Part shown: positions 58,156 through 64,000 of the stretch, one piece after another
Layout: each line of letters starts with the position of its first letter
Numbering within the stretch: position 1 is the stretch's first letter
NCBI GenBank assembly: GCA_043228905.1
Contig: JBHGNT010000001.1
Location: 16,740,001-16,804,000 of the forward strand
Origin: Azolla caroliniana
Lineage: Eukaryota; Plantae; Polypodiophyta
Direction: 5' to 3'
DNA: 64,000 bases
Notes under the pieces: generated by a model
What the model was told of the DNA's origin: nothing
The model's database searches: none
The model's input: the letters and a program-made list of their open reading frames with translations, nothing else
Translations under genes and position numbers: made by a program

Positions 58156-60207
58156 TTATGCACTATCACATTCATCATCCGTATCTTCAAGCTCATCCCT
58201 AATGTCCTTATGAGCTTCATTTTCATCAATAGCTTGATTTTGCATTCTCAAAAGTCTCTCATCATCTTCTTCTTTGTTGATCATATCTAATATTGCTTCA
58301 ATTAGGCATAATCCCCCTTCCTTTATTCTTCTAATGAGACAATGATTTGTATGTATGTAAACCAATTTCTCAACATGAGCATGAGTCAATCTATTTCTTT
58401 TTTTTGTATGTATCGATGAGAATGTACTCCAATTTCTTTCACAAGAAGATGCACATGAACCTTGAGAAAGCACACGAATTGCAAGCCTTTTTAAGTTTGG
58501 AGTGCTTGCTCCAAATGTTTCTCACCACTTAATTGCATCATGCATTCTAGTTGGATCATTTGCCATAGGAACTTGAAATGAACTCTTTTGTTGAGTTTTA
58601 TAAGCATAGAATTCATCTAATAAAACACCACATAAAGTTATATCACCATTAGTATACCGCATAATAGTTTCCATCCAACTTGTATTCAGCTTCTCATCAA
58701 TATCTTGAATTTTTTCTCTCCAAATTGGATGCAAAATAAAGCCAGTTGCATGCAATGATGAATGTAGCATTGTCCATCTTTGCATACATATTCCCCGAAT
58801 TTCATCTAGCAATAAACAATCTACATCTTCAATGTGGTTTATTTCTTCTATCATACGATGAGTACATTCATAAATTAAACCCATGGTTGCACCTTCTCTA
58901 TCTGCCAATCTAAGAACTTTTAGGATAGGCTTGCATATCTTTACGATCTTCTTTATATTTGCCCAAAAAGAAGCATCAAGTATAATTGAAACTATTTCTT
59001 CTCCTAGTTGTGTTTTTGATCCTTTCCATTGACACCATTGTTCACTAACCACCATTCTTCTTAATCCACCTTTGACTCTATCATCCAATAAGTTTGACAA
59101 CATGATAAAACTATAGGCAAATCTAGTAGTGGAGGGCTTTAACAATTCTTTCTCACTAAACTTACGAAACATTGCCAAAGAATATTGTTTTCGTGTAATA
59201 AACACGATTACCTTTGTAGCTAATTTCAAAACATCATGAACCCAAGCACATTTTCCAATATCTTCAAACAACAAATCGATGCAATGACATGTGCATCTGG
59301 TAAAAAAGAGCATGGGCCACTCTTTCTCTATCATCCTCCCAACTACTACACAATTAGTTGCATTGTCCATACAAACTTGCACAACATTTGATGGGCCAAT
59401 ATCAAGAATAACATCCTTTAAAATCTTAAAGATATACTCTCCCGATTTATATTCTCCACTAGTGTCAACTGATTTCAGAAACACAGTGCCATACGCAGAA
59501 GTAGCCATGACATTAATTATTGGTCTATTCTTGGTATCTGACCAACCATTGCTCACAACAGTGCATCCAATAGTTTTCCATTTTTCTCTAATTTGCATAA
59601 TCTCATTTTCAACATATTTCACCTCTTCATTCAAGTGCCTTTTGCGCAATTGATAAGGAGATGGTGGCTCATAAGACAACCCAACAACTGCCACAACTTT
59701 TATTAATTCACGAAAATATGTACTTCCCACTTTTACATCCGGTATATCCTCTACAAAGAAAAACCTCCTAATTGCTTCATCAACATTTTTATCAAGTTGT
59801 TTTTGCCATAACATCTTCAAAGGTTCAACATTGTCTACTTTCATCTTTTTACTTATTGATGCATTACCAAATGATGATGAAGACATTTCATTGATAGATG
59901 TTGATTCCACATTCATATCAACATTTGTGCTACAATTTTCAGCATTGCATTCCATTGATGACTCATCATTCATGTCAACATTTGCACAACCAGATACCAT
60001 TTTTTGTACTTCAACTTTTATAACAACATCAATTTGACGACATTTGTCAACACCTGAACCTTTCAAGCCCAACAAGTGAGCTCTGATTCGAAAGGGGCCA
60101 CCAACAAATACATGGTGACAATGATTGCATTGAACAACTGGCATACCCTTATCATGTTTTCTCAAAACGACCACATTATTCCATTCGAAGCTCTTTTGTT
60201 TCACCAT
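58156..60207 (-). pseudogene. hAT-family transposase (BED finger, DUF659-type catalytic core, dimerization domain), ~683 codons, with one nonsense codon
   Basis: CNHC..RIRAHL BED finger; SNGWSD (first catalytic Asp appears as Asn); CMDNA; CTCHCIDL; TRF; KW*ETFG (TGG>TGA) in frame with LSQGSCASSCERNWS..RNRL. TIRs not identified. Confidence 0.9.
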
Positions 60208-60501
60208 TTAGTAAATTAACCTTCAACTGATCCTGAAAGAGATTAATTTGATACCTAAAAATGAATTAAAACCTTTCTTATCCAAAATCTTCATTAATCC
60301 CACCTCTAATTAAAATTTATTATGATTGCATAATCCTACAATGCTAGCATGAATAAATCACAGAAGATTGGACAACATTGAGATGAGAAGAGAGACTTAA
60401 TGAGCTTTGCCAAAACCCTAATTTTTTGGGAAAAATTTTAAGAGACTTTTTGATCCAAAATCTTCATTAATCCGACCTCTAATTAAAATCTAATTAAGTT
60501 T

Positions 60502-63500
60502 TGTTGAGAGACAAGCTCAACATCGGCCGGATCGGCTGAAGAAGCCGAGGACTGGATCGGTTGGGACCGATCGGTTAGGCCGAGTGCGTAAACCGGGAGG
60601 CCGTTAGGAAAGATATTCTGTGAGGAATATATTTGGGAGTTAGTGTAGGAGCTCTTAATGAGCCTTGAAGTACTGTCAGTCCTTCGAGGACTTGTATAAA
60701 AGTGTTCATGGAACACACATATGTATAGAGTTGTGAATCGAGATTTTGTTATGGTGGAATATAGTTCTTGTGTTCTCTCTCACTCTCTCTCTCTCTCTCC
60801 TACGTATACTGCGTAAGCTCAAGCTCTCCATTAAACCTGAGTTTTCTTCCTTCTGTTCTGTCTTTATACTTGCTTCTGCACGCTACTTTTTACATGGTAT
60901 CAGAGCGCGAGGGTTGAGAACCTCTCTGCAGCCGACACAGCTTGAGGAAGAAGAACAAGAAGAACGATGGATAGAGGCATGGCGAGCTCGCTTCCAACAG
61001 AGAAGCTCGACAGAACCAACTACGCGTCTTGGTCTTACAAGATGCACCAGTACCTGCTCGGGCACGACTACTGGAGTTATGTCGAAGGAGCTAATGACGC
61101 GGCACCCGAATCGACACACAAAGACTTCCCGTCGTGGGAGCAATCGGCGAGCAGGGTATTGTACTGCTTCGCGTTGTGTGTGGGCGAACAGCTATTGAGC
61201 TATGTTCGGGATGCAAAGACGCCGAAGGGTGCGTGGAAAAATCTGAAGAAGATTTTCGCCGCGAGCACCACAGCCAGGAAGCTTCAGCTCCGACAGGAGT
61301 TGAGCAACCTACGACAACGCGACTTGTCGGTGGCGGACTATACCTCGAAGATCAAGGATATCTATGACTCCCTCGCCTCCATAGAGGTGAACATCGAGGA
61401 GAGTGAGATGGTCCAGATCTGTCTCGGAGGTTTGGCGTCGAAGTTCGGAGTGTTCCGAATGGCTGTGTGTACCCAGGAGAATACGTCGTCCTTTTTCGAC
61501 TTACAGTCGATGCTCCTGGTAGAGGAGAACCACGCAGGTGCGTCGACGAGCACGCACACCGACAACAAGATGTTGTACATGGAGGGAGAAAGGCCCCGTG
61601 GTCGTGGCGGACGAGGCGAGTCGGTATGCAATGGAAGCTGCCGACGAGATCAAGGAAGAAGGCACCGAAGTGATGCCGACAGCAGCTCTGGACCCTTCGG
61701 AAACAGGGGGAGTCGAAGCGATGAGAACCGGCAAGGGAAGCCCATCGCGGAGTGCTGGTACTGTGGCAAGAAAGGCCACAGGGAAAGTGAGTGCTGGAAG
61801 AAGCGCGCCGATTCGGAGAGAACCGGTTCCGGAAACGGCTCCGGACATATCGACAAGGGAAATTGGCAGTGATCGCACTACGTCGAAGACTCCGGGGGAG
61901 CCGGAGAAGGGTCTGCCTTCGTGACGAGACACGAAGCAAACTCAATGAAACAGACCACCCCGAGATCGGACGAGGTGTGGTACGTAGACTCCGGCGCGTC
62001 AAACCACATGACGAGCCATAAGGAGTGGTTCTCGTACTTTGAAAAACCGATACAACCTGGAGTAGTCGCAACTGGAGACGACACTCCGCATCTGATCGCG
62101 AATGTCGGAGAAGTTCCCCTTAGCCATGTCGGGCAGAAAGGGAAACTCATGAACGTGCTGCACGTTCCGACAATCACGAAGAACTTGGTCTCGGTTGGAC
62201 AGATCGTCAAGCAAGGGATGGAGGTTCGGTTTACACACCTCGGGTGCTTCATTGAGGAAGAAGGCCGTGTGATTGCGCAAGGGCGCAGAGACAGGAGGCG
62301 ACAATCACAAAGAACTTGGTCTTGGTTGGACAGATCGTCGACCAAGGGATGGAGGTTCGGTTTACACACCTCGGGTGCTTCATTGAGGAAGAAGGCCATG
62401 TGATTGCGCAAGGGCGCAGAGACGGGAGGATGTTCATCCTCGACTCCACTGACGGCGGCACCGCAATGTTCGCGAAGGGACAAAAATACGAGTCGGACAT
62501 CGACTTGTGGCACAAGCGGATAGGCCACGTCAACTACCAGCGGCTTCAAGATCTGCAAATGAAACAGGTAGTGTTCGGATTGCCCAAATTTAGTGGTCGG
62601 AAGACACAAATTTGTGAAGCCTGCCAACTCGGGAAGCAACACCGACTTCCCTTCCCCAACGAGCGAAACCGGAGTCGGAACAAGCTTGACCTTATACACT
62701 TCGATGTGTGGGGGCCAGCACAAAACGTTAGTCTTGGCGGGAGCCGATATTTCATCTCCTTCATTGACGACCACACTCGGCACACGTGGATCTACCTCAT
62801 TGAGAGGAAGAGCGAAGTCTTCGACTGTTTCCGGGGCCTCAAAGGGTTTGTGGAAACGGAAACGGGACGAAAGATCAAGTGCCTGCGGTCGGATGGTGGG
62901 AAAGAGTACTTTTCCGGTCAATTAAACGGTTACCTACAACAAATGGGAATTCGGCGCGAATTCAGTTGTAGATACACGCCGAAGCAGAACGACGTGGCCG
63001 AGAGGAAGAATCGGTCAGTTGTGGAAGCGGCACGGGCAATGCTGGAGGAGAAGAGCTTGCCCAAGTTCTACTGGGCCGAGGCGGTAAGGACCGCGGTATA
63101 CATCCAGAACCGGATCGGAGACAAAGTGTCAGCGCACGAGCTATATTTCGGAACGAAGCCGAACTTACGACACTTGAGGGTGTTCGGTAGCATTGCGTAT
63201 GTGCATGTACCGAAGGAGAAAAGGAGGAAGTTGGACGCAAAGGCCGAGAAATGCATCTTGGTCGGTTACTCGGACGAGCAGAAGGGTTATAAGTGCTATA
63301 ACCCTCGCACCAAACAAGCGCGTGTTAGCCGCGACATTGTGGTTGACGAGTTCGCGTCCTAGTACCAGCCCCCGACTCCGAACCCCGACTCCAATCCGTG
63401 TTCTGACAATGAGGTCAGTGAGGCCGAGTTGCCTCTGGATGAGCCCGAAATCGAGACCCGCGAAGAGAGTCCGATTTCACTCCGTTTAAGTGGACCGATT

Positions 63501-64000
63501 GGACGACTGAGTCGGTGTGATCAGTCCGATGAAGAGCTGGCGAGTAGTGGAGACTCGGCCGTGCATTCCCCGCGCAGGAAGCTGAGGAGACAGCTTACGC
63601 GCAAATAGAAAGGGAAGAAGAAGGTATCGGATTCCGGCACGGATAAGAACGAGTCAGACTGACGCGAGTCCGACTCCGAGGGAACCGGTGACGGGTCGGT
63701 CTTTAAAGGTGAAGGCCGCGTCGACTGAGAAGGCCTCGACATCGGCTAATGTGAGATTACGCCGATCTACCCGCCAGAAGAATCCTGTTTTGTGGTTCGG
63801 ATACAACGAGTACATGGCGCATCATTATGCGTACATGACCCGTGTAGCGGAAGTGCGTGAGCCAGAGAGCTACGCAGAAGCGGCGAAGGACGCAAATTGG
63901 CGCGCCATGATGGAGGAAGAGATGCACGCATTGGCGGAGAACGAGACCTGGGACCTGGTTGATGCACCGAAGGGTGTGAAGCCGATCGGGTGTAGATGGG
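60502..64000 (+). mobile_element. Ale-like Ty1/copia J: 5' LTR 60502-60894, PBS 60895-60906, gag (60967-61872), protease, integrase and start of RT; runs off the window
   Basis: TG..CA LTR abutting TGGTATCAGAGC; CWYCGKKGHRESEC; WYVDSGAS; LRSDGGKEY; premature stops and a 131-bp tandem duplication at 62168-62429. Confidence 0.92.

Noticed and set aside
58156-60207. Domesticated hAT-derived host gene
   Set aside because: An in-frame nonsense codon, no introns and TE context fit a recently dead transposon better.

Overview
Eukaryotic nuclear DNA, most likely from a seed-free land plant (fern, lycophyte or bryophyte); this is inferred from the TE lineages and intron style, not proven. About 90% of the window is a deeply nested cluster of LTR retrotransposons. 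It holds Ale-like and Tnt1/Tork-like Ty1/copia elements, Phygy-like Ty3/gypsy elements, a self-priming Tcn1/Tf1-type chromovirus relic, and two related non-chromovirus gypsy elements (C, 6118-11243; D, 35098-49890) that carry a large extra sense ORF after pol. One Tork-like copia (40135-45537) is intact and very young. A single host gene was reconstructed by hand: an 11-exon, 405-aa class IV/cyanobacterial-type HDAC-fold protein (53331-57539, minus strand) with a probable plastid transit peptide and broken catalytic motifs. A recently inactivated hAT transposon lies just upstream of it. The most striking signal is in elements C and D. Both lack a polypurine tract. Exactly where the PPT should be, 2 nt before the 3' LTR, they carry a conserved sense copy of a tRNA-Arg 3' end (TCCCACGGGCGTGCCA), which forms a second PBS on the minus strand. 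This suggests tRNA priming of both DNA strands. All alignments were done by eye and the tRNA sequences were recalled from memory, so both need computational confirmation.
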